A stretch of DNA of 41,324 nucleotides from a virus (Duplodnaviria; Caudoviricetes): the IMG/VR virus record IMGVR_UViG_3300035135_002740, positions 1-41,324 of that record. The stretch is one strand, 5' to 3'. Below the pieces are notes generated by a model. It worked only from the letters and a program-made list of their open reading frames with translations. It did no database searches and was not told where the DNA came from. How positions within the stretch are numbered: position 1 is the stretch's first letter; each line of letters begins with the position of its first letter. A program made the position numbers and the translations under genes. Of this stretch, positions 8,274 through 17,886 are shown piece after piece.

Positions 8274-9207
8274 TTCTAAAATTTTTATTGCAGGACATCG
8301 TGGTCTTGTTGGATCAGCAGTTTGTAGGAATCTGAAGTCTAATGATTATACAAATGTTCTTACACGTTCTCGTGCTGAACTAGACTTACGAATTCAAAAA
8401 GATGTTGACGAATTTTTTGAAGCAGAGAGACCAGAATATGTTTTTCTAGCAGCTGCAAAAGTTGGTGGGATTGGTTTTAATAAAGCAGCACCTGCAGATT
8501 TCATTAGAGACAATCTACAGATTCAAACTAACGTTATTGATGCTGCTTATAGGAATGGTTGTAAAAAACTTCTTTTCCTTGGATCCGCTTGCATTTATCC
8601 AAAGATGGCACAAGTTCCAATCAAAGAAGAGTATTTGATGACCGGTCCTTTGGAACCAACTAATGATGGTTATGCTCTCGCTAAAATCATTGGGTATCAA
8701 ATGTGTAAAAGGTATACTGAACAGTATGGATTCTCAACAGTTTCTGTAATGCCTAACAATCTTTATGGAATTAATGATAATTTTATTCCAAGTCAGTGTC
8801 ATGTGATTCCCAGTTTTATTAATCGTTTTATTGCTGCAAAAGAAAATGGTGACTCCGAAGTAGTTTGTTTTGGTGATGGTACTCCTACAAGAGAATTTCT
8901 TTTTTCTGATGACTTGGCGGATGGTATGGTTTTCTTAATGAATAACTACAATGATCCCAATGTTCTTAATATTGGACCTAATCGTGAAGTTAGTATTAAA
9001 GAACTTTCTGAACTGGTTGCAAAAGAAGTTGGTTATACTGGAAAGATTCTTTGGGATACAACGAAGCCAAATGGAACTCCTAGAAGAGCACTTGATACTA
9101 GTAAAATGGATTCTCTTGGATGGAAATCAAATACATCACTTGAGGATGGTTTAAAGATTACAGTTGACTGGTTTCTTCAGAATAGGAGTAATTATGTACG
9201 AGTATAG
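8263..9207 (+). CDS. fcl: GDP-L-fucose synthase / GDP-colitose synthase (Fcl/WcaG/ColC-like)
   Basis: [40 protein letters not shown]. Confidence 0.9.
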   Translation: MDSNSKIFIAGHRGLVGSAVCRNLKSNDYTNVLTRSRAELDLRIQKDVDEFFEAERPEYVFLAAAKVGGIGFNKAAPADFIRDNLQIQTNVIDAAYRNGCKKLLFLGSACIYPKMAQVPIKEEYLMTGPLEPTNDGYALAKIIGYQMCKRYTEQYGFSTVSVMPNNLYGINDNFIPSQCHVIPSFINRFIAAKENGDSEVVCFGDGTPTREFLFSDDLADGMVFLMNNYNDPNVLNIGPNREVSIKELSELVAKEVGYTGKILWDTTKPNGTPRRALDTSKMDSLGWKSNTSLEDGLKITVDWFLQNRSNYVRV

Positions 9208-10360
9208 ATGGCCACTGATGAAAAACTCTACCTCTCTATTGGATAGAGTAAAACTTGCTAAGTTTGTTTTAACTTCTGATAAATTTACTCAAGGGAAAAA
9301 AGTAGAAGAGTTTGAAGAACAGTGGTCAAAATGGTTGGGGTCTAAGTATTCCGTTTTTGTAACTTCTGGAAGCACTGCTAATTTTTTGTTGGTTGCTTCC
9401 ATTATGGAAAAATATGGATTAGAAAAAGGTGATAAAGTTTTACTTCCTGCATGTACATGGGTTACTAATATAAATCCAATTATTCAATTGGGATTAAAAC
9501 CAATTTTTTGTGATGTTAGTTTAGAGAACTATAGTTTTGATTATGATAATTTAACCAAGATTGCAAAGAAACATCCAGATATTCGTCTAGTTTTTGTAAC
9601 ACATCTTCTTGGTATTTCTGCTCCAGTTGATAAATTTAAAAATCTTTTTCCTGAAGCACTATTCATCGATGATGTATGTGAATCTCATGGATGTAAAGAT
9701 ATGAATGGAGTTAAAGTTGGATCTGATAGTTTGGGATCTACTTTTAGTTTTTATTTTGGGCATCATATGTCTACAGTTGAAGGTGGAATGATATCCACAA
9801 ATGACGCAGACTTATATGATATCATGAAGATGAAGAGATCTCATGGACTTGCTAGAGTTTCAAATCAATTTGATTATTATAAAAATCAAAATCCTGAAAT
9901 TGAATCATCATTCCTATTTGTAAGTGATGGATATAACTTTAGGAATACTGAGTTTGGTGCGGTTCTTGGTTTATCTCAACTTAAAAGATTGGACTCTTTC
10001 ATTAAGAATAGAAAAAATAGATATGATGACTATGTGGATATTATGTCTCTTCATGAAGACAAATTTTATCCTATAGTGTATAATATTGGTAACAGTTCTT
10101 TTTGTTTCCCGTTTATTTGTAGAACCTCTGAAATTAAAACAAAACTAATTTCATTGTTTGAAGAATTTGGAATTGAATATAGACCAATAGTTGGTGGTAA
10201 TCTTTTACGTCAACCATATCTTAAAAATTATTCAATTAGTGGGAAGAAAGAAAATTTCAATGTAGATATTATCCATGAAAATGGAATCTATATTGGTAAT
10301 AATCAGTTTGTAACTGATGAAGATATGGATTTATTAGAGGCAATTTTAGGAGAATTATGA
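9194..10360 (+). CDS. colD: DegT/DnrJ-family PLP enzyme, ColD-like GDP-4-keto-6-deoxymannose 3-dehydratase
   Basis: SGSTAN, DVCESHG and SFYFGHHMSTVEGG, with His at the usual Schiff-base Lys position; no Cys-rich Fe-S insert. ATG 9194 follows an AGGAG RBS; 388 aa. Confidence 0.75.
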   Translation: MYEYRWPLMKNSTSLLDRVKLAKFVLTSDKFTQGKKVEEFEEQWSKWLGSKYSVFVTSGSTANFLLVASIMEKYGLEKGDKVLLPACTWVTNINPIIQLGLKPIFCDVSLENYSFDYDNLTKIAKKHPDIRLVFVTHLLGISAPVDKFKNLFPEALFIDDVCESHGCKDMNGVKVGSDSLGSTFSFYFGHHMSTVEGGMISTNDADLYDIMKMKRSHGLARVSNQFDYYKNQNPEIESSFLFVSDGYNFRNTEFGAVLGLSQLKRLDSFIKNRKNRYDDYVDIMSLHEDKFYPIVYNIGNSSFCFPFICRTSEIKTKLISLFEEFGIEYRPIVGGNLLRQPYLKNYSISGKKENFNVDIIHENGIYIGNNQFVTDEDMDLLEAILGEL

Positions 10361-10701
10361 GTAAGTTTGGTAATCTAATCGACGAATGCATCAAAGAAAC
10401 TATTGATGAAGTTCTTTCACGTAGAGAACTTCCTGATGTAGAATATATTGAAACTGATAATCTTGGTGAAGTTGTAGAAAAACTTTCTATTCTTCATACT
10501 CGCATGTGGATGTTAGAAGATGCAATTCAAGAGGCGGAGACTGATGCTGAAATTGCAGCACTGAAAAAGAAGATTGATATCTGTTTTAAAGTGAAGCGTC
10601 CACGTCTTGTTCAAGCAGTCAATCTTATGGTTGATAATGCTATCGCAACTGGACGAACTCTCCGTGAGGATTCTGTAAAGCATTATAAAGGTGTTGAATG
10701 A
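10357..10701 (+). CDS. Hypothetical helical protein (DUF4254-like)
   Basis: DNLGEVVEKLSILHTRMW resembles the DUF4254/DUF6165 motif; AGGAG RBS. Confidence 0.55.
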   Translation: MSKFGNLIDECIKETIDEVLSRRELPDVEYIETDNLGEVVEKLSILHTRMWMLEDAIQEAETDAEIAALKKKIDICFKVKRPRLVQAVNLMVDNAIATGRTLREDSVKHYKGVE

Positions 10702-10702
10702 T

Positions 10703-11392
10703 ATGACTGTAAAATACATCTATCATCATTTGGGTCTGGGTGACTATATTATGTGTAATGGTATGGTTCGCCATTTTTGTAAAAATTATGATGAGGTAAT
10801 TCTTTTTTGCTTAGCACATAATTTTAAAAATGTAGAATACATGTATAGGGATGTAGATAATTTAAACATTTTTATATTTGATACTGAAGATCAAATATGT
10901 GATTTTATTAAAGATGAAAAGATAAAAGATAATTTATTAAAAGTTGGATTTAATAATTTAAAATATTATGATGAGAATAATATTAACTTTGATGTTGGAT
11001 TTTATGAGTTAGCTGGTTTAGACTATGATTTGAGATTTTCTGAATTTTATGTTGAAAGAGATTTGGAAGAAGAAGAACGTGTATATAAAGAGTTAAATCC
11101 AAATAATGAAAAATACATCTTTGTTCATGATGATCCTAATAGAGGATATAGTATTGATATGAGCAAAATTGATAGTGAATATAAAATTATTAGAAACGAT
11201 ACTAGGTTTCTAATTTTTAATTATATTAAGGTTCTTGAAAATGCAGAAGAAATACATTGTATGCAATCGTCTATTAAAGACTTAATTAACTCTTACAAAT
11301 TAAATGCTAAAATGTATTTCCACAATTATGTGAGAGGACTAGTATCAACAGCTCATACTAAAGGACTTAATGAGTGGATTACTTATGAATAA
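10703..11392 (+). CDS. Putative GT-B glycosyltransferase-like protein
   Basis: N-terminal HHLGLGD (GT9-like), YIFVHDD, IHCMQSS. Confidence 0.5.
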   Translation: MTVKYIYHHLGLGDYIMCNGMVRHFCKNYDEVILFCLAHNFKNVEYMYRDVDNLNIFIFDTEDQICDFIKDEKIKDNLLKVGFNNLKYYDENNINFDVGFYELAGLDYDLRFSEFYVERDLEEEERVYKELNPNNEKYIFVHDDPNRGYSIDMSKIDSEYKIIRNDTRFLIFNYIKVLENAEEIHCMQSSIKDLINSYKLNAKMYFHNYVRGLVSTAHTKGLNEWITYE

Positions 11393-12152
11393 AACTGGAT
11401 ACATATCTTATTCCGATCCTAGATTTAATTATTCATACAAAGGATTCTGCTCTATCGTTTGTGGAATCATTGATATGGCTTTGGAGCACTATATTGATAA
11501 CGATAACTTTAATATTAAGATATCAGAAGATCAAACTTTACAGTTTTTTGAAAATATTTCACCAGTAACTGATTCTTATTATGATGCTGGATCACGCTGG
11601 TTAGAAAAGTTTCTTTCTGGGAAAGCATATCATTGTAGTCATAATGCTCATATTCCTACAACCATTTCTGAATTACAATTTAGAAATGAAGTCTATAATT
11701 CTATCTTAAAAATTAGAGAACAATACTTGACTAAGTTTAGATCTAAAAAATTGGAAATTGGAATAGACTCTAACACTCTTGGTGTTCAAATTAGAGGAAC
11801 AGATAAAAAACAAGAATTGCCTGAGATACAAGTGGAAAGTATTTTCAAATTAATTGATCAAACTGATAAACAAAAAATATTTGTTGCTACAGATGATCAG
11901 TATTATCTTGATCAATTACTCAATAGATACGGTAGTCGTATATTATACGATAGTTCATTACAAATAAGTTCAGGATCTAAATCATTACACCATAATTGTT
12001 TAGATCGTGCTAAGATAAACGAAGAAGTTCTTTCTAGTGTTTACCTCTTATCTGAGTGTGAACATTTTTTGTATAGTTTTTCAAATGTTAGTTTACTTGC
12101 ATTAATTATTGGTGCAAATAATTTTAAATTCATAGACTACTTAAACAAATGA
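11385..12152 (+). CDS. NodZ/GT23- or O-fucosyltransferase-like protein
   Basis: GVQIRGTDK (motif I), IFVATDD (motif II), LLSECEHFLYSFSNVS (motif III). Confidence 0.75.
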   Translation: MNKTGYISYSDPRFNYSYKGFCSIVCGIIDMALEHYIDNDNFNIKISEDQTLQFFENISPVTDSYYDAGSRWLEKFLSGKAYHCSHNAHIPTTISELQFRNEVYNSILKIREQYLTKFRSKKLEIGIDSNTLGVQIRGTDKKQELPEIQVESIFKLIDQTDKQKIFVATDDQYYLDQLLNRYGSRILYDSSLQISSGSKSLHHNCLDRAKINEEVLSSVYLLSECEHFLYSFSNVSLLALIIGANNFKFIDYLNK

Positions 12153-12856
12153 TTAGTATCGTAACTGGAACACTAAATCGTGTTGGAATGCTTCCTGAAT
12201 TGATTTCCAATACTGTTATGTCTGATAAGAGACTTGAACTTGTATTGGTTGACGGTGGTAGTACTGATGGAACTATTGATTATATTGCACAGTTAAATCA
12301 TCCACAAATTAAATTTATCGAAATTGGTGGTAGAAGTTCTTATCCACATTTTATGAATATTGGTATCAGAGCATCAACTCACGAAATTGTATGTCAGTGG
12401 AATGATGACGTAGTTCTTGTTAATAAATGGTCTGATGTTTTTGAAGAACTTGAATCTGACTATGACTTTTATCTCTTTAATTGGAAATATGGATCATATG
12501 CAGATACAAAAAGTCCTCAATGGTTAAATGGTACCGATCATACAACAGGATGGTGTCTTTGCAATAATGCAGACAGTGGTGGTGAGATTGTAATGAATTA
12601 TGGTCTTTATCATAAAAAGATATTCCGTGAGATTGGAATGTATAATCCCGAATATCAATATTATTATGCTGATGGTGATATGGCTCACAGGGCATATCAC
12701 CATGGATATAAAGTGAAAGATCTCCGTAACATAAAAGTGTGCTCACTTCCCACTGGTAAAGTTGCAACTTCCCATCCAGGAGATCAGCAAATATATTCTA
12801 AAAATATGGATTTGAATTTTAAAAAAATTCTATCAGAAAGTCTTCAATATCTTTGA
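12149..12856 (+). CDS. Glycosyltransferase family 2
   Basis: ISIVT, LVDGGSTDGT, MNIGI, WNDD, YADGD. Confidence 0.85.
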   Translation: MISIVTGTLNRVGMLPELISNTVMSDKRLELVLVDGGSTDGTIDYIAQLNHPQIKFIEIGGRSSYPHFMNIGIRASTHEIVCQWNDDVVLVNKWSDVFEELESDYDFYLFNWKYGSYADTKSPQWLNGTDHTTGWCLCNNADSGGEIVMNYGLYHKKIFREIGMYNPEYQYYYADGDMAHRAYHHGYKVKDLRNIKVCSLPTGKVATSHPGDQQIYSKNMDLNFKKILSESLQYL

Positions 12857-13521
12857 CGAATCATATCTCTGTGGTTTGATATTTGGTTATCATTTTCATC
12901 AAATGGTTCACCAATAAATGCAAAGTCATCTAACTTACGATCTCTTTTGATATTTGTGGAGAAAGATTCATATCCAAAGTACTCATCATGTGCGAATAAA
13001 CTAGTTCTAGCTTTGGGGTAAATAACATCTCGCAAAAAGCACTGATCAATGGATCTATCAAAGTTAGATCTACTCGACATATAGGTTTCTATTTTTTCTT
13101 TTAAGTCAGTCAGGAAACCACCTCTACATCCCCACATACCTGCATTGATTTCCCACATATGACCACCAGGATGATCTCTGATAATATGAAACATTTTATC
13201 AGACTCTAACCACTCATTAACGGCTGCTACATCCCTCTCAAATAGACGGGAATCACAATCTCTGGAAATCATACACTCAATATCTTCTGATGCAGGAATG
13301 AACCTCCAGAGAGCATTCCAGTGAGTTAGGTCTTGTTCGGTATTAACTAGCGTTACATTATTGCTCTCTAACTGCTCTAATACATAGTCAGGTACAGAAT
13401 CATTATGATACAAGCGCATCTCCCAATCAGGGTAAAACTTTTTAGCAAGTTCTGAATTTTTTATTGCGCCAATAGTGTATTTGGGATTATCACCCCATAA
13501 TGAAAATGACAAAACTTTCAT
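12844..13521 (-). CDS. Hypothetical protein, GT-A-like; the only minus-strand gene
   Basis: MKVLSFSLWGDNPKYTIGAIKN, ALWRF, ISRDCDSRL, FHIIRDHPGGH, AGMWG, DQCFL. 225-aa ORF with no competing plus-strand ORF. Confidence 0.8.
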   Translation of the reverse strand: MKVLSFSLWGDNPKYTIGAIKNSELAKKFYPDWEMRLYHNDSVPDYVLEQLESNNVTLVNTEQDLTHWNALWRFIPASEDIECMISRDCDSRLFERDVAAVNEWLESDKMFHIIRDHPGGHMWEINAGMWGCRGGFLTDLKEKIETYMSSRSNFDRSIDQCFLRDVIYPKARTSLFAHDEYFGYESFSTNIKRDRKLDDFAFIGEPFDENDNQISNHRDMIRQRY

Positions 13522-13545
13522 AGTATTCTTCAATCTTTATTATAT

Positions 13546-14373
13546 ATGACTGCTAAAAAGAAGTATAATTTAGTTGGTGGTGGATTCAATAATTATGATG
13601 GTGAAAACAAAGCATCGTCAATTCATAAACAAGAGTCTCAGTACATAGAGTGGGTAAATCACGGTGCTGAAGATACTTTTTATGTTGATGAATATATCAA
13701 TCTTGTCTTTGATGATCAAGATAGTAATAGAAAGTATGGTTGGTTACTTGAGTCTGCACAGATTAAACCTCAAGTTATTGAAGATATAAAGAGAAATTAT
13801 CTTCATTATGTGCGTTCTTTTGATGCAATTTTCACTCATAATAAAGAACTTTGTAATCTACACCGTAAGTTTAAGTATGCTCCATTATACGGCAGTTGGG
13901 TTACTGAACCAAAAATGTATGAAAAGAACAAACTTATTTCTATGATTTGTTCAAACAAAGTGATGTGTAGTGGACATCAACATAGACTTTCATGGGCACA
14001 AAAACTTCAGGGAAAGGTTGATTTTTATGGTCGTGGATTCAATGAAATTCATGCTAAGGAAGAAGGACTTTGTGATTATATGTTTTCAGTTGCAATTGAA
14101 AATGCTTCATATGAATCTTACTTCACTGAAAAAGTCCAAGATTGTTTTGCAACCGCAACGATACCAATTTATTATGGTGCTCCAGATATTGGTGATCATT
14201 TTAATCCAGATGGAATTATTACATTGACTGATGATTTTGATCCATCTCAATTGACTCCAGAAATTTACTATGATAAAATAGATGCTATAAAGGAGAACTT
14301 AGAAATTATTAAAAATCTTCCAATAAACGAAGACAACATTTATAAAACATATCTAGAGAATAATGACTATTAG
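13546..14373 (+). CDS. GT10-like alpha-1,3/1,4-fucosyltransferase
   Basis: WLLES and YMFSVAIENASYESYFTEK...IPIYYG (GT10 alpha-1,3-FucT motif). Confidence 0.82.
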   Translation: MTAKKKYNLVGGGFNNYDGENKASSIHKQESQYIEWVNHGAEDTFYVDEYINLVFDDQDSNRKYGWLLESAQIKPQVIEDIKRNYLHYVRSFDAIFTHNKELCNLHRKFKYAPLYGSWVTEPKMYEKNKLISMICSNKVMCSGHQHRLSWAQKLQGKVDFYGRGFNEIHAKEEGLCDYMFSVAIENASYESYFTEKVQDCFATATIPIYYGAPDIGDHFNPDGIITLTDDFDPSQLTPEIYYDKIDAIKENLEIIKNLPINEDNIYKTYLENNDY

Positions 14374-15211
14374 TTATAATCGTCTGGGATCAAACGGACG
14401 TTTGGGAAATCAAATGTTTCAATATGCTGGACTTCGTGGTATTTCTGCTAATCGTGGATTTGATTGGTTAATTCCACCTCCAAATAGTTATGGTGATTCA
14501 AACTATGGTTTGTTTGACTGTTTCAAAATGTCTTCTGTTAAAGAAGAAAACTTTGGGTATTTGAATACGCAAAATATTGTTACTAACCAATTTCATTTTT
14601 CAAAAGAATTTTTTGATAACTGTCCAGACAATGTAAATCTTCATGATTACTTTACGACAGAAAAATATTTTCAAAATGTTGAGGATATTATTCGTGAAGA
14701 CTTTACATTTAAAGATGAGATTCTGGAACCATGTAAAGAAGTTATTGATGAATTAGATAATCCTATTTTCATGCATCTACGTAGGGGAGATTATGCAGTC
14801 AATCCAAGTGCTCACCCAATGTGTTCTATTGAATATTATGAAAATGCACTAACTCATTTTGATAAGGATAGACCCGTTCTTGTATTCTCTGATGATATTG
14901 CTTGGTGCAAAGATCAACCTTTCTTTGAAAGTGATAGGTTCATGCTCTCTGAATTTGATGAAAAGTATTCACAAACTTGTGATACTCTTTTTGGAAGACA
15001 GCAAGCTTTGATTCCATATTATGATCTTTGTATGATGACTCTTTGCTCTGGTGGTATTATTGCTAATAGTACGATGAGTTGGTGGGGTGCTTGGTTGATG
15101 AAAGATAGAACTCAACCAATAATTTACCCATCTAGATGGTTTGGTAGTTATTATGATCACTATGATATGAGTGATTTATTTCCAAAAGATTGGATTGAGG
15201 TAGAATCATGA
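14363..15211 (+). CDS. GT11 alpha-1,2-fucosyl/colitosyltransferase
   Basis: GRLGNQMFQYA, HLRRGDY, FSDD, IIANSTMSWWGAWL. Confidence 0.9.
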   Translation: MTISYNRLGSNGRLGNQMFQYAGLRGISANRGFDWLIPPPNSYGDSNYGLFDCFKMSSVKEENFGYLNTQNIVTNQFHFSKEFFDNCPDNVNLHDYFTTEKYFQNVEDIIREDFTFKDEILEPCKEVIDELDNPIFMHLRRGDYAVNPSAHPMCSIEYYENALTHFDKDRPVLVFSDDIAWCKDQPFFESDRFMLSEFDEKYSQTCDTLFGRQQALIPYYDLCMMTLCSGGIIANSTMSWWGAWLMKDRTQPIIYPSRWFGSYYDHYDMSDLFPKDWIEVES

Positions 15212-16032
15212 ATTTAACATTTTTGATGCCCTGTCGTATTGAAAGTGAAGATCGACTGAGGAATGTAACTAGTTCTGTTGGTTATCTAGCAAAACATTTT
15301 CCACAATGTAAGATTATTGTTAAAGAAGTTGATAAGAAATCTGTATTCAGAGAGCGAGTTATTCCACATTTAACTAATCTTTTTGGTGGATATCCTCAAA
15401 ACATCATTCATTTGTTTGAAGAATCTCAAGATGCATTTTTCCATAAGACTAAGATTTTAAATGATCTTCTTCTAGCATCAGATACTGATATTATTTTTAA
15501 CTATGATGTTGATGTAGTATATCCGTTATCAAGTTATGAGACTGGTTATAAAATGATAACCGAAGGTGGATATGATGCTGTATATACTTTTGGATGTGGA
15601 ATTTATCAATGGGCAGTTAGTTATGATGAATCTACATTTCATGAATTCTTAAAATCTGGATTTGATGCTTCTGTTCTTGACGAAAAGTCAACACTTCAAC
15701 CATCTGTTATGGGTTGGGGTCAAATGATTAAGAGGCAAGTTCAGATTGATGCTGGGATGTGGAATGAAAACTTTTTGTCTTGGGGAGCTGAGGACTGTGA
15801 GTTTCATTACAGAATCCCTGCTTTAGGGTATAATGTTGGAAGAATAGATGATTTTGTTTATCATCTTGAACACTCTAGGACTTTTAATTCGCACTATCAC
15901 AATCCAAAGTTTATGGACAATCATAGACTGTGGCAGCAAATTAGAACCTGGGATAAAGATACTCTAGTCCAATATTATTCTCAGCAAAAATATCTCAAGA
16001 AAAGGAGGAATGAAATAAATGCTAGCGTTTAA
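15208..16032 (+). CDS. GT2/GT7-like galactosyltransferase
   Basis: YDVD DxD, WNENFLSWGAED, YHLEH. Confidence 0.75.
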   Translation: MNLTFLMPCRIESEDRLRNVTSSVGYLAKHFPQCKIIVKEVDKKSVFRERVIPHLTNLFGGYPQNIIHLFEESQDAFFHKTKILNDLLLASDTDIIFNYDVDVVYPLSSYETGYKMITEGGYDAVYTFGCGIYQWAVSYDESTFHEFLKSGFDASVLDEKSTLQPSVMGWGQMIKRQVQIDAGMWNENFLSWGAEDCEFHYRIPALGYNVGRIDDFVYHLEHSRTFNSHYHNPKFMDNHRLWQQIRTWDKDTLVQYYSQQKYLKKRRNEINASV

Positions 16033-16825
16033 TCATCTGGGACAATTAGGTAGATTGGGAAATCAAATGTTTCAGTATGCCTCACTGAGAGGTATTGCTA
16101 GAAATAGGGGATATGGTTTTTGTGTTCCAAATCATGATATTGTTGTTAATGATCCATTTGGATTCAGGATGAGGATTGAACTGTTTTATCCTTTCGAAAT
16201 GGCTCATGTATCTAGTGAAAACATGAGAATGATGGATCGTGGCCACGCTCCTATAGTTAAAGAAAAGTATTTTCATTTTGATGAGATACTTTATAATATG
16301 TGTCCAGATGAGATTTCTCTTGCTGGATTTTTTCAATCTGAAAAATATTTTAAAAATATTGAAAATGAAATTAGAGAAGACTTTACATTTAAGGATGAGA
16401 TTTTGGATCCATGTAAAGAGATGATCGAATCCGTTGGTGATGCATTAAGTCTTCATGTTAGAAGAACTGATTATCTTAAGAATCCAAACCACACCGCCTT
16501 GGAAATTAATTATTATGAAAAAGCATTAGATCAGTTTGATTCTGATTTACCAGTAATTATTTTTTCTGATGATCCAAAGTGGTGTGAAGAACAAGAAATT
16601 TTTTCTGGAGATAGATTCATGATCTCTGAATCTGGAGATCAATATGTTGATATGTGTCTAATGAGCTTGTGTAAATACCACATCATCGCTAATTCATCAT
16701 TTTCATGGTGGGGTGCATGGTTATCAGGGCATGATAATGTTGTAGCACCTTTGAAGTGGTTTGCTGAAAATAATGATGATAAAGATACTAAAGATTTAAT
16801 TCCTGAACGGTGGAGCAGAGTGTGA
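16019..16825 (+). CDS. GT11 alpha-1,2-fucosyl/colitosyltransferase (paralog)
   Basis: GRLGNQMFQYA, HVRRTDY, FSDD, IIANSSFSWWGAWL. Confidence 0.9.
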   Translation: MLAFNHLGQLGRLGNQMFQYASLRGIARNRGYGFCVPNHDIVVNDPFGFRMRIELFYPFEMAHVSSENMRMMDRGHAPIVKEKYFHFDEILYNMCPDEISLAGFFQSEKYFKNIENEIREDFTFKDEILDPCKEMIESVGDALSLHVRRTDYLKNPNHTALEINYYEKALDQFDSDLPVIIFSDDPKWCEEQEIFSGDRFMISESGDQYVDMCLMSLCKYHIIANSSFSWWGAWLSGHDNVVAPLKWFAENNDDKDTKDLIPERWSRV

Positions 16826-17616
16826 TGGACAAAAACAAAGCTTTATACAAACTAAAGAATATTGGACCCATTTATTATATTAATTTGGATGGGCAACCCG
16901 AAAGAAAAGAATATATTGAGAATCAATTTGATTATTGGGGTATAGAAAACTATACTAGAATTTCTGCATATGATGGTAGGGACGATGATCTAAGTGATAT
17001 TATTAAAGGAAGATATCCAGAAAATATGACCTCTGGAGAAATTGGTTGTACTACATCACATCTCAAAGCAATTAAACATTGGATGGAAACTTCAGATAGT
17101 CCTTATGCTATCTTTATGGAAGATGATATTGATCTTCAAACCGTAAAGCATTGGAACTTTACGTGGACAGATTTTATGTCTAAATTGCCTTATGATTGGG
17201 ATGTTGTTCAACTAGCAATTATTTGTACTGGTAATCTCCATGTAACATTGCATCGAAGATTTGTAAATGATTTTTCTACGGCATGTTATATGATCACTAG
17301 ACATCATGCGGAAAAATTACTGAGACATCATGTTCGTGGAGACAAATATAAACTTGATAATGGAGTCAAACCAAGAGCAGTTGCTGATGATTTGATTTAC
17401 AATTCTGGGAACACATACGCTATTCCTTTGTTTCTGTATAAGATTGCTTTGGGATCTTCTATTCACCCAGAACATATTGATGTTTTTCATAAGCAAAGTC
17501 ATGATGGTTTGTTAAACTTCTGGATTCAGCAAGGTCCTGATTTCAATCTATCAAGGATGATGGACTTCGATCCATATCTAAGTCGTGTCACAGAACCAAC
17601 ACCAACTCAAGCTTGA
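16825..17616 (+). CDS. Glycosyltransferase family 25
   Basis: YYINLD..ERK, AYDG, GEIGCTTSH, FMEDD, ACYMIT. Confidence 0.85.
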   Translation: MDKNKALYKLKNIGPIYYINLDGQPERKEYIENQFDYWGIENYTRISAYDGRDDDLSDIIKGRYPENMTSGEIGCTTSHLKAIKHWMETSDSPYAIFMEDDIDLQTVKHWNFTWTDFMSKLPYDWDVVQLAIICTGNLHVTLHRRFVNDFSTACYMITRHHAEKLLRHHVRGDKYKLDNGVKPRAVADDLIYNSGNTYAIPLFLYKIALGSSIHPEHIDVFHKQSHDGLLNFWIQQGPDFNLSRMMDFDPYLSRVTEPTPTQA

Positions 17617-17662
17617 CGTTTCTTTACATTTCCTATATAATTATGTTGTAAATCTTTACAAA
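17613..17662 (+). promoter_or_regulatory. Sigma70 promoter of hli with HLR1-like (RpaB) half-sites
   Basis: TTGACG-N17-TATAAT; TTGACGTT-tc-TTTACATT and GTTGTAAA-tc-TTTACAAA. Confidence 0.7.
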
Positions 17663-17667
17663 AGGAA

Positions 17668-17886
17668 ATGACTGTTACTACTAACGATCGCGGACAACAA
17701 AATATGTTCGCATCTGAACCCACCATGTATATGAGTAAAGAAGATCTCGATCGATATGGTATTGAGACTCATGCAGAAAAAGCAGAAAAACTGAATGGTC
17801 GTACTGCTATGCTTGGATTTGCCGCAGCAGTCATTTCCTATACTACAACTGGTAGTGTCTTTTTCTTTGGTATGTTTGGATTCTGA
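17668..17886 (+). CDS. hli: High-light-inducible protein
   Basis: AEKLNGRTAMLGF chlorophyll-binding motif. Confidence 0.92.
   Translation: MTVTTNDRGQQNMFASEPTMYMSKEDLDRYGIETHAEKAEKLNGRTAMLGFAAAVISYTTTGSVFFFGMFGF

Noticed and set aside
9194-10360. Perosamine synthase or E1/RfbH call
   Set aside because: His replaces the catalytic Lys, so not a typical aminotransferase; no Cys-rich Fe-S motif, so not E1.
17646-17661. NtcA box in the hli promoter
   Set aside because: Spacing is GTA-N6-TAC, not GTA-N8-TAC.
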